Shown one piece after another: positions 1-9,170 of a DNA stretch of 64,000 nt (its first letter is position 1; each line of letters starts with the position of its first letter). The DNA lies in the NCBI GenBank assembly GCA_934162285.1, contig CAKPHY010000005.1:529-64528 (forward strand). Direction: 5' to 3'. This DNA is from an uncultured Bacilli bacterium. GTDB taxonomy: Bacteria; Bacillota_I; Bacilli_A; RF39; UBA660. Both the position numbers and the translations under genes were made by a program. The notes under the pieces are model-generated. The model worked only from the letters and a program-made list of their open reading frames with translations. It was not told the DNA's origin and ran no database searches.

Positions 1-1224
1 TTGGTAAAAACGATCTTTTTCTTCAAATAAAGAAACATTTTCTAAATAAATTTTTTTCAAATTTTCTATTTTTGTTATATCTGGAAAATACTTAAATTTT
101 ACTCTTAAAGAATGCAAATAAAAATCAATATTATTAACTAAACTATCATAATTATTAGATCCATTTAAATAAGTCAAATCCTTAATATTTTTATTTAATA
201 ATTCCTTAGGAATAATTATTTCTTGTAATGCTTCAACCGGAATTTCATAAAAAGCAAAAGCTTCATCAGTATAAAGTTCTGAATCAATCGGTAAACCTTC
301 ACTTAAAGCAACCGATTTTTTAGTTTCACCTTTTTTTAAATAAGAAATAATCGCTTTAAAACTAATTCCCGTATCAATAAATTTTTCTTTAGATTCACCA
401 TTACCTAATGAAACAGAAATCCAAAGATCATTATTATTACCATAGAAATTACGTCCACTAAAAACGCCTTTTTTCTTTTTAGCATACCCTGATAATATTC
501 CATGTTCTAAAATACTAATTAAAGCAAAAAAGTTAAAACCAATACCATGATATACTTCAAAATATTTTTCACTTTTTAAAGCCTCTTTTTTAAATAAATC
601 CATATGGTATTCACTTATAAAATCACGATAATATTCATTAACTTTATAAGCAAATTCTACTAAATCTTTAGAATAAGGCAAACGTAAAAAAGCTGTTTTT
701 AAAGCTGAAGATGCCGTCTTACGAAATCTTGTCCGATCTAAAGCATCAGCATCTTTTAAAATGTTATAAAGTTTTCTAAAACTAATAACATCTTCAATTT
801 CATAATCTTTAACAATTTGATCAAACTTATTATCACTTAAAGAATGAGAATCACATAAACACTTTAAAATATTTAAATTGGAAGTTTTTTGATAAATTTC
901 TTTTTTACCAACAATTTTACCAATTTTAATAGCTGATGAATAACCATGAATAGTATCTTCATTATCGTCACCACGACCACAATCATGATAGGTAGCAGCA
1001 TCAATTAATATTTCTTTTTCTAACTCATTTAAATCTAAACTTTTAGCAATAACAAGTGCGAATAATAAAACTTTTTCTGAGTGATATAAACCATGAAAAT
1101 GTGATGAATATAAATAATTTTTTTGAATATTTTTAACAACTACTTTTAAGTATTTTAAATCATCAGCATGCAAATAATCATTAATTAATCCACTATCTAA
1201 TAAACTATTTAAAATATTTTCCAT
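1..1224 (-). CDS. HD-domain protein, partial; the 3' end runs off the window. It is absent from the supplied ORF track and was translated by hand.
   Basis: The minus frame is open from the ATG at 1224-1222 to position 1 (~408 codons): MENILNSLLDSGLINDYLHADDLKYLK... The stretch HSEKVLLFALVIAKSLDLNELEKEILIDAATYHDCGRGDDNEDTIHG gives the H...HD metal-binding signature. The start overlaps the upstream ORF stop by 20 nt. The C-terminal ~250 aa are unrecognised. Confidence 0.6.
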   Translation of the reverse strand, partial: MENILNSLLDSGLINDYLHADDLKYLKVVVKNIQKNYLYSSHFHGLYHSEKVLLFALVIAKSLDLNELEKEILIDAATYHDCGRGDDNEDTIHGYSSAIKIGKIVGKKEIYQKTSNLNILKCLCDSHSLSDNKFDQIVKDYEIEDVISFRKLYNILKDADALDRTRFRKTASSALKTAFLRLPYSKDLVEFAYKVNEYYRDFISEYHMDLFKKEALKSEKYFEVYHGIGFNFFALISILEHGILSGYAKKKKGVFSGRNFYGNNNDLWISVSLGNGESKEKFIDTGISFKAIISYLKKGETKKSVALSEGLPIDSELYTDEAFAFYEIPVEALQEIIIPKELLNKNIKDLTYLNGSNNYDSLVNNIDFYLHSLRVKFKYFPDITKIENLKKIYLENVSLFEEKDRFYQ

Positions 1225-2380
1225 TCTTATAATTCCTATCTTCTAAATATTCTTGAGCTGGCAATCTATATAAAGCACTTATAGCTTCTAAATCAAGTCC
1301 AAAAAACTTAATTTCTTGATTATGGCTATCTTTTTCAGGATCACAATAAAATACTGAATCGTAAGTTCTTACTTTCAATATAGAATGTAATGAATCATTA
1401 TTTAAACAAACAATTAAGTTTGCTTTAATTCCTAACAAATCAAGTAAATAAATAGCCATATTAACATAACCTTCACAAACAACACTATGACGTTTTAAAG
1501 CACATAAAGAAGAATTAATATAAGCCATTCTTCTTAAAATATATTCTTTTTTAGGACTACTCTCTTTTAATACTTTTTCATAATTTAAATCCCGAAATTT
1601 TAAAGAATCATGATCATAACTAACATGAGAAATAATATAACGATAAACAAGATAAGTTTGTTCATATTGATCTTTTCCTTCTAAAGGAATCATTTTTAAA
1701 ATTTCTTTAGCTAATTTATAACATTCATTCATTTGATCAAGAGTTAATAAATAAATTTCATCATAAAAATGAATTTTTTCAGAAAATTTAATATTTGATA
1801 AATTAGACATTAAACAATCACTTAAATATTTATTAATACCAGTTTCTTTAAATAAAGAATTAAAGATTAAATTACTTAAAATATTAACAGCTGTATCTTT
1901 AGTATTATCAATATATTCTTTAACATCACCAATATATTTAACAGGACAAGAATTAATTACTACTTTTTCTAATTTTTTTAATTTACTTAAACCAACAATA
2001 GTTGTTAAATCACTATTATTAATTAAAATTAAATTTTTTAAATTTTCCATATTAGTTAAATCTAAAGTATGAATATTACAATCATTAGCTATAACTAATT
2101 CTTCTAATGATAATTTTTTTAAAAAAGAAAAATTTTTAATATTATTACCTTTTTTATATTCAAAAGAATCAGGATTAACCCCAATAAGTTTTAAACACTT
2201 TAAATTACTTAAACATTCAATAGAGTCTAAATCATCAACATTTTTAAGTGTAAGTTCTGTAATACTAGCAAGTTCTTCTTTAGTAAAATACGAATTAAAA
2301 CCAAAAAAACCATTTCTTTTATTTTTTTTAATCAATTCTTCTAAAATAATAACAGCAAGAATAGAATTCTTTATATACAT
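1205..2380 (-). CDS. Leucine-rich-repeat protein with a C-terminal transglutaminase-like (papain-fold) Cys-His-Asp domain
   Basis: LRR-type periodicity is visible (LSNLKCLKLIGV, LKKLSLEELVIAN, LTNMENLKNLILINN, LSKLKKLEKVVIN). The C-terminus VVCEGYVNMAIYLLDLLGIKA...HSILKV...FYCDPEKD resembles the transglutaminase-like core. The ATG at 2380 is preferred because it follows a GGGGGAA RBS; the track start at 2422 has no RBS. Confidence 0.5.
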   Translation of the reverse strand: MYIKNSILAVIILEELIKKNKRNGFFGFNSYFTKEELASITELTLKNVDDLDSIECLSNLKCLKLIGVNPDSFEYKKGNNIKNFSFLKKLSLEELVIANDCNIHTLDLTNMENLKNLILINNSDLTTIVGLSKLKKLEKVVINSCPVKYIGDVKEYIDNTKDTAVNILSNLIFNSLFKETGINKYLSDCLMSNLSNIKFSEKIHFYDEIYLLTLDQMNECYKLAKEILKMIPLEGKDQYEQTYLVYRYIISHVSYDHDSLKFRDLNYEKVLKESSPKKEYILRRMAYINSSLCALKRHSVVCEGYVNMAIYLLDLLGIKANLIVCLNNDSLHSILKVRTYDSVFYCDPEKDSHNQEIKFFGLDLEAISALYRLPAQEYLEDRNYKNGKYFK

Positions 2381-2429
2381 ATTTTCCCCCATAAAAAAAG
2401 ATATTATTTTTGATAATATCATTTTTTTA

Positions 2430-5400
2430 TTATTTTATCAAGTTTTTTAAACGATCTAGAAAACTTGTTGTTTTAGTAATTTCATTAGTTACTTTTTTTA
2501 CTTCAGGAACTTTTAAACTAGCTGTTGTATAAATAAACTTAGTTTCACTATCATTAATAGTACTCTTAGAATTAACAGTTTTATATTCTTCACCTAATTC
2601 AATTAATTTTTTAAAACGCATTGAAGTAGGCTTTATTAAAGAAACAACATTCTTAATACCTTCTTCATTAAATTTAGTTATACCAGTTGCAAGTTCATTT
2701 AAACCAGCATCTAATGTTGAAACATTTTTATATAAGTCATTTAAAGAAGAACTTGTTTCTGTTAAAGCATTATAAGCGACTTCACGAGCAACACTTCCGG
2801 ATATTGATTTAGCTGTTTCTAAAGCACTTTCTAAAGCAACATTTGCAGTAACATCTTTTACAACTTTAGTACTAACAATTTCACTTGTTTTACTATTAGT
2901 TTCTTCTAAAGCTTTTTTAAGTAAAGCAAAGTTTTGATCAGATGCAATTACACCACAATCAGTCATATTTCCCATTTGACAACTAACGTAAGCTTCATAC
3001 TCATTATTATTTTTTAAATAAGTAACTAAGTAAGGTAAGACATTAGCTTCAATTTGTTTTTTTACTTCACTATTATCAGCTTTAGTAATTTCTTCTAATA
3101 CTTTATTAACTAAAGCATTTTTATAATCATCAGTAAAACGTGATTTAACAGCACTAGTAACAGTTCCTTCTAATACTTTAATTTCTTCATCACTTAAAAC
3201 ATCATTTTTAGATGTATTATTTAATTCATCAATTTTAGCTTTTAAACCATTTTTTAATTGAGTTGATCCATTACTTAAAAGAGCAGCACTTGAATCAATT
3301 TTATTCATATTAGTTTGTAACGTATTAGTTTTAGCAACTAATTTATCTAATTCATCAAAAACTTTTAAATCTTTAGAATCAATTATTTTAGATGTAATTA
3401 CATTATAAGCAGATCCTACTTCAAAAGATGTAGTTTCTAAAGTAATTTTGATACTATTTAAACTCTTTAAATCATTCATTTTTAGACTTTTATCTAAACC
3501 AGGAGCAGCTAAAGCAACAACAATATTCTTTTTACCATTAGAAATTACTTTTCCATTAGTAACTTGAACATTACTTGTTTTAGTACTATCAAAAGTAGTT
3601 CCGTAAGTAATAACAAAAGGTGTATACATTATTTCATTTTTACCATTTATTAAAACAGTATGTTTTAAATTATTAGAATAATCAATATTAATTTCTACTT
3701 TTCCACTTTTACCAATTAAATCTTTAGCTTGAATTTCTTCACCATTTAATTTATAAGTTATTTTAACAGAAACAGGCAATTCATTAGTAAAAGTTCCTTG
3801 ATAGAAAATATCTTTTCCACTTGTTTTAAAGAAAATATTGTTGTTTTTAATTTCAAATTTTTCATTACCATTTATATTAATAATATCTTTTAATTCTGTA
3901 AAATCATTTAATTCTAATAAAGCATCCTTATTTATTAAATGTTCATTAACAGTAATATTTTTAAACTCACCATTAGAATCAAGTGTTGCATAAACAGTTT
4001 CATCTTTACTTAAAGCATTTATATTAAATGGTAATAATAAAGTTATTAATAATAAAGCAATTTTTTGCATATTTTTTTCCTTTCTATAAGTCGTTTTTAA
4101 AATTAATTTATCAAATAGCAATAATATAGCTGGCAATACAGTTATAACAACAAAGCAACTAATTAAAGCACCACGCGAAATTAATTTACAAAGTGAACCA
4201 ACCATTTCTAACTTGGAATAAGCACCAACACCAGCCGTTGCTGCAAAGAAGCATAAACCACTTACTAAAACCGATTTACCGTTGTTATTTAAGGTTTCAA
4301 CCATAGCTTTTTCTTTGGAAATTCCCGAATTACGTAATTTTAAATAATTAGTAGTTAAAAGAATAGCATAGTCAACGGTTGCACCTAATTGAATTGTTCC
4401 AAGAACGATTGGAGCAACAAATGGTAAAGTAGCACCAGCAAAATAAGAAACACCCATATTCATAAAAATAGCACTTTCAATCGTGATAATTAGTAAGATT
4501 GGTAAAGAAACACTTTTTAAAACAAATATTAAAATTACCAAAATAGAAATAATTGAATAAGTATTAACATTGTTAAAGTCATTATCACTAGTTGTAACTA
4601 AATCTTTCATTAAAGGTCCTTCACCAGCTACAATAGCATTTTCATCATATTTTTTAACAATTTTATTTACTTCATCAATTTGACTATTTAATTCATCACT
4701 AGCTATTTCATATAATGAATTTAGTAATATTAATTGATACTCATCATTTTTAAACAAACTAGAAATTTTAGTCGGAAGCATATTTTCAGTAATACCATAT
4801 TGTTTTAATTCAGAAAATGATAAAACAAAATCAACACCATCTAATTCTTTAAGCGATGCAATCATTTCATTAACATCGTCAGCTTTTAAAGATTGATCAA
4901 TTAAGATCATTTCTGGACTAACAATATTATATTTTTCTTTTAGTTCATTATTAGCACTTATACTTTCTAAAGTATCAGGTAATGATTTATCAATTTTATA
5001 ATAAACAGGAACATTTTTATAAGCTAAATATGCTGGAACTAAAACAATTAAAAATATTATAAAAATTATTTTATTTTTCTTTACAATAAAATTATTGATT
5101 TTATTAAAATTCAAATTTAGACTTTTATGTCTTGTTTTTTCAATACCTTTATCAAATACAAGTAATAAACTTGGAAATAAAGTTACAACACTTAAAACAC
5201 CTAATAAAACACCTTTAGCCATGACAATTCCTAAATCTTTTCCTAAAGTCAAATCCATTAAACATAAAACTAAAAAGCCAGCAATTGTTGTTAAAGAACT
5301 ACCTAAAACTGAAGTAAATGTTTCGCATGTTGCTAACTCCATTGCTTCCATCTTGGGCATATTTTCTTTTTTAGATTCATAGTTGTGATATAAAAATATT

Positions 5401-6128
5401 GAAAAGTCTGTTGTAACACCAAGTTGTAAAACAGCTACTAAAGCTTTCGTAATATAAGATATTTCACCTAAGAAAATATTAGTACCTAAGTTAAATAAAA
5501 TAGCACATCCAATATTTAAAAGTAATAAAACTGGGACTAAATAAGAATCTAAAGATAATTCTAAAACTAATAAACATAAAATAACAGCTATTACGATATA
5601 GATCATTATTTCTTTATCAGATAATTCCATAGTATCAAATACCATAGAACTCATACCACTTAACTTAAGTTTAGAAATTTTCATATTTCTTATTTCTTTA
5701 ACTGCTGATATCGTTTTTTCATCACTTGTTCCATTTTCAAAAGTAATGAAAATTAAATCACTATTTTCTTTAGATAAATGATCTTTTAACTCATCAGGTA
5801 ATATATCTTTAGGTATATTAGTACCTAAAGCATCATAAAGTGAAATCGCTTCACTTACCCCATCAACAGCTTTAATTCTTTCCTCCAGCTCCAATATATC
5901 TTTACTAGACATATCTTTAGCTAAAGCAATTGAATAAGCTCCAATTTTGAAATCATTGGTTAAAATTTTTTCTCCTTTTATTGTTTCAATATCTTCTGGT
6001 AAATAAACTAAAATATCATAATTTATTTTAGTTAAATTCATGCCAATAAAAGATAAAACTAATAAAATACTTGAAACAATAAGAATTAAATTTTTATTTT
6101 TACAGATCTTATTCGCGATCTTTTTCAT
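2430..6128 (-). CDS. MMPL/RND-superfamily membrane transporter fused in frame to a ~545-aa secreted, coiled-coil-rich YhgE/Pip-like C-terminal half
   Basis: There are two blocks of multiple TM helices, each followed by a large loop, which is MMPL-like. The ATG at 6128 is preceded by a GAGGAGGAG RBS, whereas the track start at 6146 has none. An internal signal-peptide-like stretch MQKIALLLITLLLPFNINA begins at 4070. The tail carries YhgE/Pip-like repeats (LSNGSTQLKNGLKAKIDEL, LDAGLNELATGITKFNEEG). Confidence 0.7.
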   Translation of the reverse strand: MKKIANKICKNKNLILIVSSILLVLSFIGMNLTKINYDILVYLPEDIETIKGEKILTNDFKIGAYSIALAKDMSSKDILELEERIKAVDGVSEAISLYDALGTNIPKDILPDELKDHLSKENSDLIFITFENGTSDEKTISAVKEIRNMKISKLKLSGMSSMVFDTMELSDKEIMIYIVIAVILCLLVLELSLDSYLVPVLLLLNIGCAILFNLGTNIFLGEISYITKALVAVLQLGVTTDFSIFLYHNYESKKENMPKMEAMELATCETFTSVLGSSLTTIAGFLVLCLMDLTLGKDLGIVMAKGVLLGVLSVVTLFPSLLLVFDKGIEKTRHKSLNLNFNKINNFIVKKNKIIFIIFLIVLVPAYLAYKNVPVYYKIDKSLPDTLESISANNELKEKYNIVSPEMILIDQSLKADDVNEMIASLKELDGVDFVLSFSELKQYGITENMLPTKISSLFKNDEYQLILLNSLYEIASDELNSQIDEVNKIVKKYDENAIVAGEGPLMKDLVTTSDNDFNNVNTYSIISILVILIFVLKSVSLPILLIITIESAIFMNMGVSYFAGATLPFVAPIVLGTIQLGATVDYAILLTTNYLKLRNSGISKEKAMVETLNNNGKSVLVSGLCFFAATAGVGAYSKLEMVGSLCKLISRGALISCFVVITVLPAILLLFDKLILKTTYRKEKNMQKIALLLITLLLPFNINALSKDETVYATLDSNGEFKNITVNEHLINKDALLELNDFTELKDIININGNEKFEIKNNNIFFKTSGKDIFYQGTFTNELPVSVKITYKLNGEEIQAKDLIGKSGKVEINIDYSNNLKHTVLINGKNEIMYTPFVITYGTTFDSTKTSNVQVTNGKVISNGKKNIVVALAAPGLDKSLKMNDLKSLNSIKITLETTSFEVGSAYNVITSKIIDSKDLKVFDELDKLVAKTNTLQTNMNKIDSSAALLSNGSTQLKNGLKAKIDELNNTSKNDVLSDEEIKVLEGTVTSAVKSRFTDDYKNALVNKVLEEITKADNSEVKKQIEANVLPYLVTYLKNNNEYEAYVSCQMGNMTDCGVIASDQNFALLKKALEETNSKTSEIVSTKVVKDVTANVALESALETAKSISGSVAREVAYNALTETSSSLNDLYKNVSTLDAGLNELATGITKFNEEGIKNVVSLIKPTSMRFKKLIELGEEYKTVNSKSTINDSETKFIYTTASLKVPEVKKVTNEITKTTSFLDRLKNLIK

Positions 6129-6295
6129 ATTCTCCTCCTCTTTCATTTAAACATTTTATTATATTTTAAAAAAAATTCTACAAGCATATCTTTATTATTG
6201 TTTTTTATCCAACACTTTTATAATTATGTATTATCATGTAGTAATAATATTTACTTTTTTATTTTTAAAAGTATAATTATTGGTGAGGTGAAATC

Positions 6296-6856
6296 TTGAA
6301 AAACACAACTGATTTAAGAGTTATTAAAACTAAAAACTTAATTTATTCTACCCTTATTGAATTAATGAAAGAAAAAAGTTTTGAAGAAATTAAGGTTTCA
6401 GACATCTGTGAAAAAGCTTTAATAAATAGATCAACTTTTTATGCTCATTATGAAGATAAATATGAATTATTAGTAGAGTTTTTAAATGATTTAAAAGAAG
6501 AATTTAAAAATCAACTTGATAAAAATAGCAAGAATTTAAATAATCGTGAATATTATATTGAATTAATTAAACTATTTTTAGAACATGTTGAAAGTAAAAA
6601 AGAAATTTATAATTCTATTTTAATTAATAACCGAAATAGCATTATGATGGATATTATTTTAAGTGTTGTTAACAATGAATTATTGACAAGAATTAATAAT
6701 GAACAAAGAAATGCTAAAGTACCTAATGAAATCATTGCTAAATTTTACTTAGGTGGTGTTATTTATATGGGAATTACTTGGTTAAATGATAGTAGTAAAT
6801 ATACTAAAGAAGAAATGATAGAATATTTAAGTGTTTTAATTCCTGACAATTTTTAA
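6296..6856 (+). CDS. TetR/AcrR-family transcriptional regulator, divergent from the MMPL operon
   Basis: The N-terminal HTH reads KEKSFEEIKVSDICEKALINRSTFYAHYEDKYEL, typical of TetR_N. The start is TTG, 5 nt after a GGTGAGGTG RBS. A TATAAT lies at 6272-6277. Confidence 0.85.
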   Translation: MKNTTDLRVIKTKNLIYSTLIELMKEKSFEEIKVSDICEKALINRSTFYAHYEDKYELLVEFLNDLKEEFKNQLDKNSKNLNNREYYIELIKLFLEHVESKKEIYNSILINNRNSIMMDIILSVVNNELLTRINNEQRNAKVPNEIIAKFYLGGVIYMGITWLNDSSKYTKEEMIEYLSVLIPDNF

Positions 6857-6863
6857 GTCAACC

Positions 6864-6893
6864 AAAAAGATCAAAGGAAAACTTTGATCTTTT
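6864..6893. terminator. Bidirectional rho-independent terminator between convergent genes
   Basis: AAAAGATCAAAG-gaaaa-CTTTGATCTTTT forms a 12-bp stem flanked by an A-run and a T-run. The same hairpin family recurs at 10853-10879 and, split by the IS element, at 8631/9137. Confidence 0.7.
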
Positions 6894-6914
6894 ATAATAC
6901 TTAAATTTATTTTA

Positions 6915-8537
6915 CTAATCATCAGTATCATTATGCGGTTCTTGAGGTACAACACACCAATTAAATTTAATTGCAGAATCAGTTAAAGAAGAATTAGTAT
7001 TGATGATTTTGTTTATAGTTGGTTCAGTACTATTAAAGCAACAACGATAATAACAATCAAACATTTTTGAACCTCTATATATAGCTGCATTTGATAACTC
7101 CCAATTACTTACATTAAGAGTAGTAAAAGAAACTCCACTGAACATATTAGTAACATCAGTTACTTTAGATACATTCCATTTTGATAAATCAACAGTTGTT
7201 CCTAAATCTAAATAATAAAACATTTCTCGCATATCAGTTACTTTAGAAACATTTAAATCACTTAAGCCATTTATAGCAGGTTTAGAACTTTCCGAAAAAG
7301 GACTACTATAAAATCTAAGGAATTTTTTGTCAGTTTCAGGAAGAAATACTTCAGAAGACGCAGAAGAAATTACTCTTTCTTCTTTTCTAAACATACCTGA
7401 CATATTAGTTACATTTGAGGTATCAAGATTTTTTAAATTAATAGTCCATGCCGTTGAAACAAACATATTAGACATATTAGTTACTGTTTTAGCATTGACA
7501 TTACTATTAAATGAAATAGAATCAGCATAGAAATTTGCAAATAAATTACTTGAATCACTTGGTAAATTAATTATTGTTTTAGTATCTTCTGTTGCTATTA
7601 ATAAATCATAATTACTACCACTTTTTACAATATATGCTTTAACTGAGCCATCTTTTGCAAGTGACCAATCTTCACTCTTAACAACACCAATAGTTGGTTT
7701 TGTTGCTCCTACTACTATTTTATTAATTGGATATTTAATTTTAACTAAGGCAGCCGAAATATCACTACTAACACAATTTCGACCGTGATCTGTACATGTA
7801 AGTCCAATAAGTTTTTCATTATCTGCTGCTGTTCTTGGGCTAATATAAGTACTTATTAGTTGCCATTTAGCTTTTAAAGTCATATTTTCTTTTACTTCAG
7901 AATTAAAGTCATAGGCTTTATCTTCTAAATACCAACCTAAGAATTTATAACCACTTTTTGTTGGATCTTCTGGTTTAGCAATTTTGCCACCTTTTACAGT
8001 TCCACTTGCTACTTTAGATCCCCCATTACTATCAAAATATACGGAATAAACATCTACATATGTTGCTAGTAATGTTATATCTTCGGTTATTGGTGTTTCA
8101 AAATCAAAAGCAACACCATTTAATGTCCACATCTTAAATGTGTGACCTGTTTTCTTTGGATCAATTGGTCTTGTTACTTTCTCGCCTTTCTTTACAGAAA
8201 TTGGTTCAATAGTATTTCCTCCAACTGTTTCAAAGCTTACTTTAACATAATCATCTTTTTCCCATTTAGCTACTAAAGTCATATTATATTTTACTACTTT
8301 AGTAAAGTCATAAAGTTCATTCCCTTCATACCATCCTAGAAAAATATAATCTTTTCTCTTAGGATCGCTTGGTTCATAAACTCTATTTCCTCTTTTCACA
8401 AGTTGTTCAAACTTTGGTTCCCCATTTTGCATATCAAATGTTACAACATATTTTTGATTATTTAAAGCCAAAACAATCACGATAACAATTAATATTGCAA
8501 CTATTGCTCCTATTACGTAAGCAATTTTCTTTTTCAT
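6915..8537 (-). CDS. Membrane-anchored surface protein with Flg_new (Listeria-Bacteroides) repeats plus BspA-type/DUF285 leucine-rich repeats
   Basis: An N-terminal TM anchor is present (IAYVIGAIVAILIVIVIVLAL). Repeats of the type YVVTFDMQNGEP...GYIFLGWY and YSVYFDSNGGSK...GYKFLGWY are seen. The C-terminus has DUF285 units (NVTNMSGMF, VSKVTDMREMF, NVSKVTDVTNMF). Confidence 0.75.
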   Translation of the reverse strand: MKKKIAYVIGAIVAILIVIVIVLALNNQKYVVTFDMQNGEPKFEQLVKRGNRVYEPSDPKRKDYIFLGWYEGNELYDFTKVVKYNMTLVAKWEKDDYVKVSFETVGGNTIEPISVKKGEKVTRPIDPKKTGHTFKMWTLNGVAFDFETPITEDITLLATYVDVYSVYFDSNGGSKVASGTVKGGKIAKPEDPTKSGYKFLGWYLEDKAYDFNSEVKENMTLKAKWQLISTYISPRTAADNEKLIGLTCTDHGRNCVSSDISAALVKIKYPINKIVVGATKPTIGVVKSEDWSLAKDGSVKAYIVKSGSNYDLLIATEDTKTIINLPSDSSNLFANFYADSISFNSNVNAKTVTNMSNMFVSTAWTINLKNLDTSNVTNMSGMFRKEERVISSASSEVFLPETDKKFLRFYSSPFSESSKPAINGLSDLNVSKVTDMREMFYYLDLGTTVDLSKWNVSKVTDVTNMFSGVSFTTLNVSNWELSNAAIYRGSKMFDCYYRCCFNSTEPTINKIINTNSSLTDSAIKFNWCVVPQEPHNDTDD

Positions 8538-8654
8538 TCTTTTTTCTCCCTTCTTATATTTATTATTATACCATTATTATGTATATATAATCTACATTAA
8601 GTAATTGTTAATTTACATATTTACATAAAAAAGATCAAAGTTTCTCTTTAAACT

Positions 8655-9131
8655 TGTCAATAAAAAGTAGACACTAAAAAAGATTTATTTAAACCATAAT
8701 TGAGTTCTATACTCAATTGGGGTTTTATAATTTAAAGCAAAACTAGGTCTTGAATAGTTATGGTCGTATATGACTGCATTGATAAATTCTTCAATAGTTT
8801 CATAATCATTTAGATTAAAGTCTATAAACATTTCCTTTTTTAACCAACCATTTTTAGATTCAATTATTGGATTGTCTGTTGGAGTTGCTATTCTCGACAT
8901 TGACCTTTTCCAGTAAAAAAACTGTGATCTAGATATACCATATTCCTTAGCTGCTTTAGTTCCACCAATTCCTTTTTGTTTACATTCTAACAATATTTTT
9001 TCTTTTTCTTCAGCATTCCAATATTTATTTGTTCTACCTTTTTTCTACCACTTGGCATTATTATCATCTCCTTTTATTTATTATAACAAAAAAAATGTAG
9101 GCACTTTTTATGTGTCTACATTTATATTACA
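8655..9131 (-). mobile_element. Internally deleted (non-autonomous) IS3-family insertion sequence, 477 bp
   Basis: The termini are 5'-TG...CA-3'. Imperfect ~21-bp inverted repeats are TTGTCAATAAAAAGTAGACAC (8654-8674) and the reverse complement of 9112-9132, TTGTAATATAAATGTAGACAC. A flanking direct repeat ACT(T) lies at 8652-8654(5) and 9132-9134(5). The element encodes a transposase remnant. Confidence 0.65.
8685..9058 (-). pseudogene. IS3-family transposase remnant: OrfA HTH joined to the extreme C-terminus of the integrase core
   Basis: The ATG at 9058 gives MPSGRKK and the frame then breaks at AGAAAAAAG. The -1 frame continues GRTNKYWNAEEKEKILLECKQKGIGGTKAAKEYGISRSQFFYWKR, an HTH. This is joined directly to ...DNPIIESKNGWLKKEM...YDHNYSRPSFALNYKTPIEYRTQL, an rve C-terminal tail. 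About 1 kb, including the DDE core, is missing. Confidence 0.6.
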
Positions 9132-9170
9132 ACTTCAAAGGAAAACTTTGATCTTTTATAATACTTAAAT

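Noticed and set aside
5095-5382. Plus-strand 95-aa ORF inside the MMPL gene. Similar antisense ORFs occur at 7327-7530, 9886-10071, 11455-11733, 20913-21185, 22030-22230, 22867-23064, 26410-26625, 34338-34523 and 37355-37618.
   Set aside because: All are fully embedded antisense to long ORFs with recognisable domains. Their translations are F/I/L/K/N/S-rich low-complexity sequence of the kind expected from the reverse strand of AT-rich coding DNA, and none has an RBS.
8685-8993. The 102-aa ORF of the track, considered as an intact gene.
   Set aside because: It is the TTG-initiated tail of a frameshifted, internally deleted IS3 transposase with no catalytic DDE region. It is therefore annotated as a pseudogene within the mobile-element relic.
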